Assembly (NCBI GenBank): GCA_963668695.2
Contig: CAXXLQ010000004.1
Coordinates: 2,400,001-2,464,000, forward strand
Reading direction: 5' to 3'
DNA length: 64,000 nt
Source of the DNA: Vicinamibacteria bacterium
Lineage (GTDB): Bacteria; Acidobacteriota; Vicinamibacteria; Marinacidobacterales; Marinacidobacteraceae
Below are positions 40,033 through 49,543 of this stretch, one piece after another (position 1 is the stretch's first letter; each line of letters starts with the position of its first letter). A program made the translations under genes and the position numbers. The notes under the pieces were generated by a model. That model did not search any database, was not told where the DNA came from, and was given only the letters and a program-made list of their open reading frames with translations.

Positions 40033-40283
40033 CCGCGTGACGTTGTCCGCAGACGACCAGTGGTGGGGCAGCCTGTCCGTACCAGGAGGCTCCGTGCCCC
40101 GCCCCGCCGTCGAGGATGCCCTCCGCGCTGCGGGCTCGGTCCGGATCCTGCCTCGCGGTTACGCCCCTTGGGGTGATTCGGATCGCGAGGGGCGGCCCCT
40201 GGGATGCGAAGATCCCCTGCGGTGCGATCTTCCGCCTCTGAGCCCGGCGTTCGGGGCGGCGCCGCGCCGGCGAAGGACGAGCC

Positions 40284-40901
40284 ATGACAACGAGACCCGG
40301 TGACGGACCAGGCGCCCACCGGGAGCGCATGGAGGCGCTCCAGGCCGAAGTGCGGAAAAAGCGCGCCACCGCCCGCGACCCGGGCCGCGGACTCGTGCTG
40401 GTCCACACCGGGGACGGGAAGGGCAAGTCCAGTTCCGCCTTCGGCGTGATCGCGCGGACGCTCGGTTGGGGGCGGCGGGTCGGCGTGGTTCAGTTCATCA
40501 AGGGCAACTGGAAAACCGGCGAGCGCCAGTTCTTTGGCCGTTTCCCGGAGCAGGTGGTCTGGCGGACCCTGGGTGAGGGATTCACCTGGGATACCCAGGA
40601 CCGGGCTCGTGATGTCGAAGTCGCCGAAGCCGCCTTCGCCGCCGCGCGGGAGATGCTCGTTTCCGGCGACTTCGACCTCGTCGTCCTCGACGAGATCAAC
40701 GTGGTGATGAGCTACGACTATCTCGGCTGCGACGCCGTCCTCGATGGCCTCAGGGCGCGCGCCGCGCGCACGAGCGTGATCCTGACCGGCCGCGGCGCCC
40801 TGCCGGAGGTCATGGACTACGCCGATCTGGTCACCGAGATGCGGGAGGTGAAGCATCCCTTTGCGGCCGGGATCAAGGCCCAGCGCGGGATCGACTACTG
40901 A
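40284..40901 (+). CDS. cobO: Cob(I)yrinic acid a,c-diamide adenosyltransferase
   Basis: HTGDGKGKSS, QFIKG, GEGFTW, LDEIN, LTGR, ADLVTEM...KHPF and GIDY. Confidence 0.95.
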   Translation: MTTRPGDGPGAHRERMEALQAEVRKKRATARDPGRGLVLVHTGDGKGKSSSAFGVIARTLGWGRRVGVVQFIKGNWKTGERQFFGRFPEQVVWRTLGEGFTWDTQDRARDVEVAEAAFAAAREMLVSGDFDLVVLDEINVVMSYDYLGCDAVLDGLRARAARTSVILTGRGALPEVMDYADLVTEMREVKHPFAAGIKAQRGIDY

Positions 40902-41067
40902 CGGCTGAGACCTGGGAGCCGGGCTGCCGCACCGCCGCCGGGCGCTCGGGCGCCTGCGGAGCCGGGCGGCAAGACGGGCAGATTCTCTTCCCGTGGTGTT
41001 TTCGCGGGCCCGCAGCGGGCGGCCGGTGGGCCAGAATTGCGCCCGTGCCTCCGGTCGCCCCGATTTC

Positions 41068-41832
41068 ATGAGCGAAAACCTGTCGGTGCGGGGCATCACC
41101 GTCACCGTGGGAGGCAGCGCGCTCGTTCGCGACGTCTCCTTCGAACTCGCCCCGGGGGAGTTCATCGCGCTCATCGGCCCGAACGGGGCCGGCAAGACCA
41201 CCCTGCTGCGCGCCGCGCTGGGTCTCCTGAAGCCCACCCGGGGGCAGGCGCTTCTCGGGGGCCGGGACATTCGGCGACTCGCGCCGCTCGAGCGGGCGCG
41301 GCGGGTTTCCTATCTGCCGCAGACGCGGCCGCTCGTCTGGCCCCAGGCGGTGCGGGACGTGGTGGCGCTCGGACGCTTTGCCTACGGCGTGGTCCTCGGC
41401 CGGCTGTCCGGACGAGACGCCGAGGCGGTGGATGCGGCGCTCGGGGTCTGCGACCTCGTTCACCTCAAGGAGCGTTCCGCCGCGACCTTGTCCGGTGGCG
41501 AACGCGCGCGAATGCACTGCGCCCGGGCGCTGGCCGCCGAAGCGCCGCTCCTGGTTGCCGACGAGCCGGTAGCGTCGCTCGACCCGCGCCATCAGTTCGA
41601 GGTGATGGGACTCATTCGGGATTTCGTGAACCGGGGCGGCGGTGCGCTGATCGTGCTGCACGACGTAGGTCTCGCGAGACGGTTCGCGGATCGGTTCCTC
41701 TGGATGAAGGACGGGGAAATCGTTGCCGACGGCTCCGCCGCGGAGACCCTGGCGCCGGAGCGCATGGAGTCCGTGTTCGGGGTGCGCGCCCGCGTCGAGG
41801 GCGACAGCGTCGCGATCGAGGGGCCGGTTTGA
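41068..41832 (+). CDS. ABC transporter ATP-binding protein (cobalamin/Fe-siderophore type)
   Basis: GPNGAGKT, LSGGE, ADEP and LHD motifs. Confidence 0.9.
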   Translation: MSENLSVRGITVTVGGSALVRDVSFELAPGEFIALIGPNGAGKTTLLRAALGLLKPTRGQALLGGRDIRRLAPLERARRVSYLPQTRPLVWPQAVRDVVALGRFAYGVVLGRLSGRDAEAVDAALGVCDLVHLKERSAATLSGGERARMHCARALAAEAPLLVADEPVASLDPRHQFEVMGLIRDFVNRGGGALIVLHDVGLARRFADRFLWMKDGEIVADGSAAETLAPERMESVFGVRARVEGDSVAIEGPV

Positions 41833-42671
41833 GGACGCTGGTCGTAGCGGCCGTTCTCCTGCTGCTGGCCGCGGATCCCGGCGCCGCCGAAGATCCCGGC
41901 GCCGCCGTGGATCCCGTCGCGGCCGAGGGGACCAAACCTTCGCGGATCGTGAGCCTCGACTACTGCGCCGACCAGTTCGTGCTCAAGCTGGCCGACCGCG
42001 ACCGGATCCTCGCGGTGTCCCCCGACGCCGGGAAGAGTTTTTCCTTCATGCGCGCGGCCGCCGAAGGTCTGCCCCGCGTGCGCCCGCGGGCGGAAGACGT
42101 CTTGCCCCTCGGGCCCGACCTGGTGGTCCGTTCCTACGGCGGGGGTTCCAACATCGCCGCCTTCCTGGAGCGTGCCGGGGTCAGGATCGCGCAGGTCGGG
42201 GTTGCCGAGAACCTCGCCGGGGTGAAACGTGTCCTGCGCGAGATGGCGCAGGCGCTTGGAGAGCCGGGGCGGGGGGAGGCGCTCGTTTCGGAAATGGAGG
42301 AGCGGGAGGCTGCGCTTCGCCGCCGCCCGGGGACGGAGACGATCCTGTACCTGACCCCCTCCGGGATCACCACCGGCCCCGGAACCCTCGTGCACGACAT
42401 GTTGCGCGCCGCTGGTTTTGTGAACTTCCAGCGCGAGCCGGGATGGCGGCCCCTGCCTCTCGAGCGGCTTGCCTACGAGCGGCCGGATCGGGTGGCGGTC
42501 GCGGTCTTCGGCAACGATGCGAGCCGGGTCGAGGCCTGGAGTGCGATGCGCCATCCGCTCGTGCGGGCACGACTGCGGGACTTGCCGGTGACCTCGATTC
42601 CGGGCGCCTGGACCTCCTGCGGAGGGTGGTTCCTGCTCGACGCGATGGAAGCGCTGGCGGCGGGCGAATGA
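41829..42671 (+). CDS. ABC transporter substrate-binding protein (BtuF-like)
   Basis: Signal peptide, RIVSLDYCADQ and PDLVV. TTG start overlaps the upstream stop. Confidence 0.85.
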   Translation: MRTLVVAAVLLLLAADPGAAEDPGAAVDPVAAEGTKPSRIVSLDYCADQFVLKLADRDRILAVSPDAGKSFSFMRAAAEGLPRVRPRAEDVLPLGPDLVVRSYGGGSNIAAFLERAGVRIAQVGVAENLAGVKRVLREMAQALGEPGRGEALVSEMEEREAALRRRPGTETILYLTPSGITTGPGTLVHDMLRAAGFVNFQREPGWRPLPLERLAYERPDRVAVAVFGNDASRVEAWSAMRHPLVRARLRDLPVTSIPGAWTSCGGWFLLDAMEALAAGE

Positions 42672-43660
42672 GCGGTCGCCGGCTCGTGGTCCTCCTGGCG
42701 GCGGCCGGGGCGGCGGGGCTCTTTCTCGCGTGCCTGCTCGGTGCGACCCCGCTCTCGCCCGGCCGGGTGCTGGCGGCGTTTTTGGGTCAGGCGAGCCCGG
42801 GCGACCAACTCGTGGTCTGGCAGATTCGTCTGCCGAGGGCGCTCGCCGCCTTCTGTGTTGGCGGAGCGCTCGGCGTGAGCGGCGCGGCGCTTCAGGGACT
42901 GCTCCGGAACCCACTGGCGGAGCCGGGGGTCCTCGGGGTTTCGGCGGGCGCCGCGCTCGGGTCCACGGTGGTGATCTATTACGGGCTCGCCGGCGCCTGG
43001 CTCTGGGCGGTGCCGGTGGCGGCGGTGGTGAGCGCGCTCGCGGTGACCGCGCTCCTCGCGCTCGCGGCGAGCCACACCCGCTCGGTGGTCACTTTGATCC
43101 TGATCGGGGTGGGGATTTCGAGTTTCGCCGGCGCCGTGATGTCCCTGCTTCTGAATCTCGCGCCGAACCCCTTCTCGCTCGCGGAGATGATCAACTGGAC
43201 GCTCGGTTCGGTGGCGAACCGGAGCTACGAGGATCTGCTGCTTTCGGTGCCGCTGATGGCGGTGGGGGCCGCGATTCTCTTCCGCTACCGGCGGGGGCTC
43301 TCGGCTCTGACCCTCGGGGAGGAGGCCGCGAGCGGCGTCGGACTGGATCTTCCCCGGCAGCGAATTGCGGTAGTCGTGGGGGCGGGACTCGCTGCCGGGG
43401 CGTCCGTGGCCCTCGCCGGAGTGATCGGCTTCGTGGGGATCGTGGCGCCCCATATCGTCCGCCCGCTGGTGGGATACGACCCCGCCCGCAGCCTTGCTCC
43501 CTCGGCCCTCCTGGCGGGAGCCATGTTGGTCTTCGCGGACATCGGCGTCCGGCTCCTGCCCACCGCGGTGGAGTTGAACCTCGGAGTGGTGGCGGCGCTC
43601 TTTGGGGCTCCGGCCTTCATCTGGATCGCGATCCGCCAGCGCCCCCCCGTGGATTCGTAA
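42668..43660 (+). CDS. ABC transporter permease (FecCD/BtuC family)
   Basis: IRLPR, LQGLLRNPLAEPGVLG, LGEEAA and IGFVGIVAPH. Confidence 0.92.
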   Translation: MSGRRLVVLLAAAGAAGLFLACLLGATPLSPGRVLAAFLGQASPGDQLVVWQIRLPRALAAFCVGGALGVSGAALQGLLRNPLAEPGVLGVSAGAALGSTVVIYYGLAGAWLWAVPVAAVVSALAVTALLALAASHTRSVVTLILIGVGISSFAGAVMSLLLNLAPNPFSLAEMINWTLGSVANRSYEDLLLSVPLMAVGAAILFRYRRGLSALTLGEEAASGVGLDLPRQRIAVVVGAGLAAGASVALAGVIGFVGIVAPHIVRPLVGYDPARSLAPSALLAGAMLVFADIGVRLLPTAVELNLGVVAALFGAPAFIWIAIRQRPPVDS

Positions 43661-43990
43661 GGGGCCAAGGAGCGCAAGGAGCGCAAGGAGCGCCGGTCTT
43701 CAGACCGGCATCGCGGCCGCAGGCCGCGAAACCCCCACCACTAACCAAGAAGAAGCGCAAGGAGCGCAAGGAGCGCCGGTCTTCAGACCGGCATCGCGGC
43801 CGCAGGCCGCGGAACTCCCATCGCCAACCGCGAAGAAGCGCGGGGGCGGCAAGGAACGCCGGCCTCCGACCGGCACCGCTGCGCGTAGCGCAGCGAAACG
43901 CGCAGAGCCATTAACCCGGACGGCTCGGCAGGCTCGGGAACGCCGCCCTCCGACCGGCACCGCTGCGCGTAGCGCAGCGAGACCGCGGTT
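43659..43990. repeat. Cluster of REP-like palindromes (family 2)
   Basis: Two copies of GGAGCGCCGGTCTTCAGACCGGCATCGCGGCCGCAGGCCGCG and two of GGAACGCC..CCTCCGACCGGCACCGCTGCGCGTAGCGCAGCG, plus AAGGAGCGC 9-mer repeats. Confidence 0.8.
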
Positions 43991-44145
43991 CGCTGACCCG
44001 CGTGAAGCGCGTAACCGACGGAGCGCCGGCCCGAATCGCGAGCGGCGGAATTACACCTCAGACCCAAGAGTGCCATACACTTCCGTGACGACGTTACACC
44101 GACATTACATCGGAGATTACAGCCTCCGAGGAACGCATAACGACC

Positions 44146-44901
44146 TTGATCCCGCGCGGCGCCAAAGCAGTTGTCCTCGGGACAATTCTCGCTTCTGCCG
44201 CGGTGGCCTCCGTATCTTCGACGGCCCCACAAGAGACCTGGCGGGGGCTCCGCGTAGCACCCGAAGAGCGTTGCACCCGTTACGACTCGGACGACTACCG
44301 CTACTCGCAACGTGTCGAAGACGACATCATCGTGGACCTCGGCGGAATCTACTCGCCCTATACGGGGGAGTGGTTTGACACGAAGCGGGAGACCGACATC
44401 GAGCACCTGGTGGCCCGTTCCGAGGCGCATGACAGCGGGCTGTGCGCCGCCAGCGCGGACACCAGGCGCCGGTTCGCCAATGACTCGCTGAATCTGACGC
44501 TCGCAAGTCCGGCGGTGAATCGGCATCAGAAAAACGACAAGGACGCGTCCGAGTGGCTGCCGGAGAGGAACCGGTGCTGGTTTGCAGGTCGGGTCGTCCA
44601 GGTGCGGCAGAAGTACGTTCTCTCCATCGACCGGCGCGAGGCGGGCGCACTGGAAGCCGTTCTCTCCCAGTGCGACTCCGTGGCAATGACTCCTCCGGGA
44701 AGGAGGTCGAGTACCGCGCGATCGGCGCAACCGAACCCCGAACCACAGTCGACAAGACAGTCCAGTCGTGGAAGCGAGTGCGGGCCCTTCGCCAACTGCA
44801 CGGCGCTCCGTCAGGTGCACCCACGCGGGGTTCCGCGAGGGCATTGCGCCTATGCCAGCAAGATGGACCGGGATCGAGACGGTTGGGCCTGCGAAAGATG
44901 A
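44146..44901 (+). CDS. Secreted DUF1524 (HNH-like) nuclease with Excalibur Ca-binding domain
   Basis: Signal peptide, DIEHLVARSEAHDSG, FANDSLNL, N..K.DKD..EW, and C-terminal FANC...DRDRDGWACE. Confidence 0.85.
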   Translation: MIPRGAKAVVLGTILASAAVASVSSTAPQETWRGLRVAPEERCTRYDSDDYRYSQRVEDDIIVDLGGIYSPYTGEWFDTKRETDIEHLVARSEAHDSGLCAASADTRRRFANDSLNLTLASPAVNRHQKNDKDASEWLPERNRCWFAGRVVQVRQKYVLSIDRREAGALEAVLSQCDSVAMTPPGRRSSTARSAQPNPEPQSTRQSSRGSECGPFANCTALRQVHPRGVPRGHCAYASKMDRDRDGWACER

Positions 44902-45058
44902 TGGCCCGTTCGTCCGGCAGATCCTTGCCGTCGTCGTTCCAACTCCACTGAAGACAGGCCATTCCACTCGCGGCTCGCCTCGCGCGGTCCTTCGGATCCT
45001 GCCGTTCTGATCCCGGTTGCGGGTGGCCGCGGGACCCGCCCCGTGTAACAGTCCTGAC

Positions 45059-46912
45059 ATGCCCAGATCCGTCCTGAACCCGTTCCCGTGCCTTCTTGCC
45101 GTAGCCTTGGTCGCCGCGGGCGCGGCCGACGCCGGCCAGGAAACCCGGGAGCCCCGGATCGTGGTGGATCCCGACTACCTCGTCAGCCGGGATGGCGACC
45201 GGCCTCACGTCGAGATCATGGCGGCCGCGAATCCGCGCAATCCACGGAACCTGCTGGCCGGCGCCATCACCTTCACCCGTCCCGACGGCGGGGCCGCCAC
45301 CAAGGCCTACGTCAGCTTCGACGGCGGTGTTCAGTGGGACGACATCACCTTCCCGGAGCAAAAGGAGACGGGTGGGGGCGATCCCCAGGTGGCGTTCACC
45401 GCGGCCGGCACGGCGATCTTCGCCACCCTCGCCACCCGGGCGGACGAGACCGGGCGCACGCGGGCGTTCCTTCACGCCTACCGGTCCGAAGACGGAGGAC
45501 GGACCTGGTCGGCTCCCTACGACCTCGGGGCTTCGTACGACCACCCCATGCTGGCGGCCGATCAGACGACGGGGCCCTTTGCCGGACGGCTGTACATGAG
45601 TGTCCTCTACGGCCGTGAATACAGCCTCGGCGTCTTCCGCTCGGAAGACGACGGCAGAAGCTGGATCGGCCCGGTGAAGTTCCTGGACGGCGCCGGCGAG
45701 CGAGGGCTCAACGTGGACCCCACGGTGGTGTTTCACGACGGGGCCGTCATGGTTCCCTTTGTGGATTTCCCGTCCACCCCCGAACAGACCGCCAACTGGA
45801 CCGAATCGCGACTCTGGACGGTCGTTTCGACCGACGGTGGAGTGACGTTCTCCGAGCCGAAGCCGGGCCCGGTGAAGATGACGGGCGAGGAGACGCGCCT
45901 GGCGAGGGAGGGGACACCGCGTTTTCGGGGCGGCTCCTGGACCATGCTCGCGGCGGACCGCAGCGAGCGTTTCCGGGATCGCGCCTACGCGGTCTGGCCC
46001 GACTACTCGGAGGGGCTTCCGCGCGTCGTGATTTCCTGGTCCGACGACCGCGGTTCCACCTGGAGCGACCCCGGGCCAGTGGCGTCCCCGGGGGGGCCGG
46101 ATGTCCAGCAGTTCCAGCCCGCGGTCGCCGTCAACCGGGACGGCGTGCTGGGGGTAAGTTGGTACGACACGCGGCACGCTCCGTCGCGGTTCGCCTTCCA
46201 CCAGTACTTCGCGGCTTCCTTCGACGGCGGCGAGACTTTCACCTCACCGATCCAGGTCTCGGGAGCGCTCTCCGAGCCCCTGGGGTCCGGCAATCTGGTG
46301 CCCGCCCCGGTGACCTTCAGCGGAACGGAAGGAGAACTGCGGGTCGCACTGATCTCCGCGGCTTCGCGCTGGGTGAATGGTGGCGACTACATGGGCCTCA
46401 CCACGTCGTCCGACGGGCACTTCCACCCGGTCTGGGCCGACGCGCGGTCGGGCGCCTATCAGGTGTACACCGCCGCAATCCGGATCGTGGACGGACCGCC
46501 CGCGCCGCCGGCAACGGCCGGGGAACCGGTGGACATCACGGGGCGGATCGAGCTCGTGAACGACCCCGGAAGCCATGACGCCGAGACCGGCGTGGCCGAC
46601 CTCTGGATCCGGCTACGGAATGTGTCGGCCACTCCCGTCGCGGGACCGATCGAGGTGGAGATCCGCAAGTTCGGGAGCGGCATGGGAGACATGTTTTCGG
46701 ATCTCGCCCCGGAGGTCCTCAACGCAGATAACGGACTGCGCGGAAACGGCGCCGTCTTCCGCTACGACGAAGTGCTCGGCAGCGACGGCGTCCTGCCTCC
46801 CGGCGGCGTCAGCGGCGCGGTCCTCTGGCGTCTCAAGCTCGCGGAGCCGGTCCGCATTCCCAATCTGCACCTCTACATCACCGGCCGCGAGGTGGTCGCG
46901 GAGCCGCGGTAG
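45059..46912 (+). CDS. Secreted sialidase-like BNR-repeat protein
   Basis: Signal peptide, multiple SxDGGxTW/F Asp-boxes and GGDYMGL. Confidence 0.82.
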   Translation: MPRSVLNPFPCLLAVALVAAGAADAGQETREPRIVVDPDYLVSRDGDRPHVEIMAAANPRNPRNLLAGAITFTRPDGGAATKAYVSFDGGVQWDDITFPEQKETGGGDPQVAFTAAGTAIFATLATRADETGRTRAFLHAYRSEDGGRTWSAPYDLGASYDHPMLAADQTTGPFAGRLYMSVLYGREYSLGVFRSEDDGRSWIGPVKFLDGAGERGLNVDPTVVFHDGAVMVPFVDFPSTPEQTANWTESRLWTVVSTDGGVTFSEPKPGPVKMTGEETRLAREGTPRFRGGSWTMLAADRSERFRDRAYAVWPDYSEGLPRVVISWSDDRGSTWSDPGPVASPGGPDVQQFQPAVAVNRDGVLGVSWYDTRHAPSRFAFHQYFAASFDGGETFTSPIQVSGALSEPLGSGNLVPAPVTFSGTEGELRVALISAASRWVNGGDYMGLTTSSDGHFHPVWADARSGAYQVYTAAIRIVDGPPAPPATAGEPVDITGRIELVNDPGSHDAETGVADLWIRLRNVSATPVAGPIEVEIRKFGSGMGDMFSDLAPEVLNADNGLRGNGAVFRYDEVLGSDGVLPPGGVSGAVLWRLKLAEPVRIPNLHLYITGREVVAEPR

Positions 46913-46965
46913 CGTTTTATTCACCGGTAGCGGTGGTCACCTGGCCCGAAGCGTCGGCGGGCTGC

Positions 46966-47198
46966 CGCACTCCGCCGAGATGAAAGTGCCGGGCCGGGCT
47001 TGGCTCCAGTTCGAGGTGGAGCGGACGGAGGGCGGCAGCCGGATCACCCAGACCGCGGTCTTCGATCCGCTCGGGTTGGGAGGGCTCCTCTACTGGTACG
47101 GGCTCTATCCGATCCACTGGTTGATTTTTCGGTGGATGCTGCGGGGGATAAGCGCTCGGGGGACAGCGAACGGCAGTGTCAGAACGCGAAGCCCATGA
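46966..47198 (+). pseudogene. C-terminal remnant of a DUF2867/YbjT-like SDR gene
   Basis: AEMKVPGRAWLQFEV...QTAVFDPLGLGGLLYWYGLYPIH with no N-terminal part. Confidence 0.7.
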
Positions 47199-47676
47199 CA
47201 TAGAGGGCAAGGCCGGTCGCGCACGTGAGGCACAGACCGAGGAATGTCAGTTGCCCCCAACCTCGGTGATGGCGACTAAAAGTCCCGGGAAGAACAAAGG
47301 TATAGCGCCTCCAGGACACGGTCACCAGGATTCCCCACAGCAAGAATGTCGGGATGGCGATCGCTAGATGGACTCCGAATAGACCACTCATGGCCGGCGT
47401 TCCGTAAAACTCGCTCAACAGGAGTCCCTCCGCGCTACCAAGCTGGAGACTGGTTTCGAGAAGTACCACGGCGCCAAAACCCAACAAGAGTCCGACCAAC
47501 TGAAGATTGCGGTGTTTCAGATACTCCCTGCCTGACGCGAATGTCATCGCGTACCCCATCAAGATCGGCGTTGCGGTCAGAAACACCAAGGAGACGTCAA
47601 TCAAGCTGTCGGCTCGCGTTCCCAAAAAGCCTGTTGAGTCAAGCATCGCCATCTGCCTCCCCGAGTTCCCCGCCAA
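47179..47676 (-). CDS. DUF420 family membrane protein
   Basis: GFLGTRA, HRNLQ, VHLAIA and HHRGWG, with four TM helices. Lower GC. Confidence 0.75.
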   Translation of the reverse strand: MAGNSGRQMAMLDSTGFLGTRADSLIDVSLVFLTATPILMGYAMTFASGREYLKHRNLQLVGLLLGFGAVVLLETSLQLGSAEGLLLSEFYGTPAMSGLFGVHLAIAIPTFLLWGILVTVSWRRYTFVLPGTFSRHHRGWGQLTFLGLCLTCATGLALYVMGFAF

Positions 47677-47826
47677 GTCCTACCGACATGGAGTCCACCG
47701 CTCCCAGCTCTCAGGACTGACCCGACGCTCTCAGCCTCCATCAATGGTATTGCACAAGGGTAGTTCGCCCGCGTCCTTGCCGCGATGCCGGCCGAAAGCC
47801 GGCGCCAGGGGGTGTGCGCAGCGGGT

Positions 47827-49110
47827 TCAGGGGGCGAGTGAACTCACCGGCACCACCGTTACCCCATCCGGCCGCTCGTAGCCGTACCCCGTTCCGGTCA
47901 CTACCGCGAGCTTCGGCGGGTGGCCGACCCGGGCTGTATCCACTCGGTCGCGCAGCCGGAGAAGGTTCCGGGCTGCCTCATCGATGTTGGCCGCCCCACC
48001 GAGCTTGATTTCGATCGGCATCCACCCACCTTGGGCAGTCTCGATGATCACATCCACTTCGAGGCCGGTGTTGTCGCGATAGTGGCTCAATTCGGCATCG
48101 TGAGCCTGCGCGTAAACCCGTAGATCCCGAACCACCAGCGCTTCGAAGAGGAAGCCGAGGTAGGGGAGGTCGCGAAGAAGTGCTTCAGGTGAGGCGCCGA
48201 GCGCCGCGGTGGCCAGCGACGGGTCGATGAGATAACGCTTTGGCGTGGTCCGCAGGCGGGATCGGGACCGGAGATGCGGTGAAAAAGCGGGGAGATCCTC
48301 GATCACGAAGAGCCGGGCAACGTCGTCCAGATACTCGGCTGCGGTGCGCGGGGTGGTTCCGTTGCCGATATCCGCCGCGAGCGTCCTGAGAGTGACGGCA
48401 GTCCCGATATTCCGAGCGAGAGAACGCAGGAGGCGTAGCGCCCGGGTCGGATCTCGTCTTCTTCCCGAGACCCGGTTCAAGTCGGCGAGACGGATCTCGT
48501 TCAGGTAGTTCCGTACGAAGCGACGGGCGGCCGGGAGGTCCTCCCCCAGACTCCCGGGCCAACCTCCGCGACAGATCGCTTCAGCTAGGTCCGGAACGCC
48601 GATGTCCGGGGCTGGAACCGAAACGCGCTCACCCGCAATCAGATCACCGAGCGAGACCTCGCCCGTCGACAGCCCCAGCTCGAACAGGGACATCGGACGC
48701 ATTCGCACCCGAGCGAGCCGCCCGGCACCGGTGTGGCGGGTGAGGTCGTCGGGTGGGACGGCGGATCCAGTCAGTAAGAACTGTCCCTTTTTCCCGCTTA
48801 GATCGGCTGCGCGGCGTACCGGGTTCCACAGCTCAGGTGCGACCTGCCATTCATCGAGGAGACGAGGCTTCGGCCCCTCCAGAACGAGCCAGGGATCGGT
48901 TCTTGCCGCTTCGAGGGCCTTGGGGTCGGCGTCGAGGAAAACCTCGCTGGCGGCTGCGCGCCGGGCGGTTGCGGTCTTTCCACATGCCTTGGGCCCCTCG
49001 ATGAGCAACACCGCCGCACTCCGGAGCTGCTCTTGAAGCTCTGTGTCCACGATGCGGGGCCGGTAAGGGTCCGGGACGCCGGGCGGTGGAAATGCGGAGG
49101 GGAAGTCCAT
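47827..49110 (-). CDS. AAA_14 ATPase with DUF4143 domain
   Basis: EGPKACGKT, LLDEWQ, FLLTGS, HTGAGR, RGGWP, GFLFE and YRD..GLEVD...IEIK. Confidence 0.92.
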   Translation of the reverse strand: MDFPSAFPPPGVPDPYRPRIVDTELQEQLRSAAVLLIEGPKACGKTATARRAAASEVFLDADPKALEAARTDPWLVLEGPKPRLLDEWQVAPELWNPVRRAADLSGKKGQFLLTGSAVPPDDLTRHTGAGRLARVRMRPMSLFELGLSTGEVSLGDLIAGERVSVPAPDIGVPDLAEAICRGGWPGSLGEDLPAARRFVRNYLNEIRLADLNRVSGRRRDPTRALRLLRSLARNIGTAVTLRTLAADIGNGTTPRTAAEYLDDVARLFVIEDLPAFSPHLRSRSRLRTTPKRYLIDPSLATAALGASPEALLRDLPYLGFLFEALVVRDLRVYAQAHDAELSHYRDNTGLEVDVIIETAQGGWMPIEIKLGGAANIDEAARNLLRLRDRVDTARVGHPPKLAVVTGTGYGYERPDGVTVVPVSSLAP

Positions 49111-49157
49111 GGGGAGGCGGCGCGGCGCAGTCGCAGCCGCGCCTGGCATCACCATAG

Positions 49158-49239
49158 CATGTTTTGCAACGAGTCTATAACATGTATTGCAACGGATTCA
49201 TGGCATGTTTCGCAACATCCCTAGGGCAGGGTTTGCAAG
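49158..49239. promoter_or_regulatory. Four 13-bp direct repeats at exact 23-bp period
   Basis: CATGTTTTGCAAC (49158), CATGTATTGCAAC (49181), CATGTTTCGCAAC (49204) and CAGGGTTTGCAAG (49227), upstream of the ATPase gene. Confidence 0.7.
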
Positions 49240-49327
49240 CTACCGAGACCTGCTCCGGAGCCGCAACTCTCTTTCACGCGCTCGACGTGAGCCGGCAGTA
49301 CGCGATTTCGCCCGCCTTCGGCGGGCT

Positions 49328-49522
49328 GTGCCGACCTGGAGGTCGGCGGCCAGTTCTCCCGGTGGGGGCCCCTGTCCAGCGGTGCCATCTGCGCGCGCGG
49401 CGGTACGCGGTTTCGGCGCCCTGTCGGGCGACGGTGCCGGTCTGAAGACCGGCGTTCCCTGGCTCCCGCGCAGCGGTGCCGACCTGGAGGTCGGCGGCCA
49501 GTTCTCCCGGTGGGGGCCCCTT
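49328..49522. repeat. REP-like family 2 cluster with two 18-mer insertions
   Basis: TGCCGACCTGGAGGTCGGC x2 and TGCCGGTCTGAAGACCGGC. 18-mers at 49350-49367 and 49498-49515. Confidence 0.78.
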
Positions 49523-49543
49523 GGTTCCCGGCCGTTCCGACCC

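Noticed and set aside
40033-41067. Cobalamin riboswitch near cobO and the ABC transporter
   Set aside because: I could not find the conserved GGGAA, GCCACTG and AGACC elements in order. An Infernal search is needed to exclude it fully.
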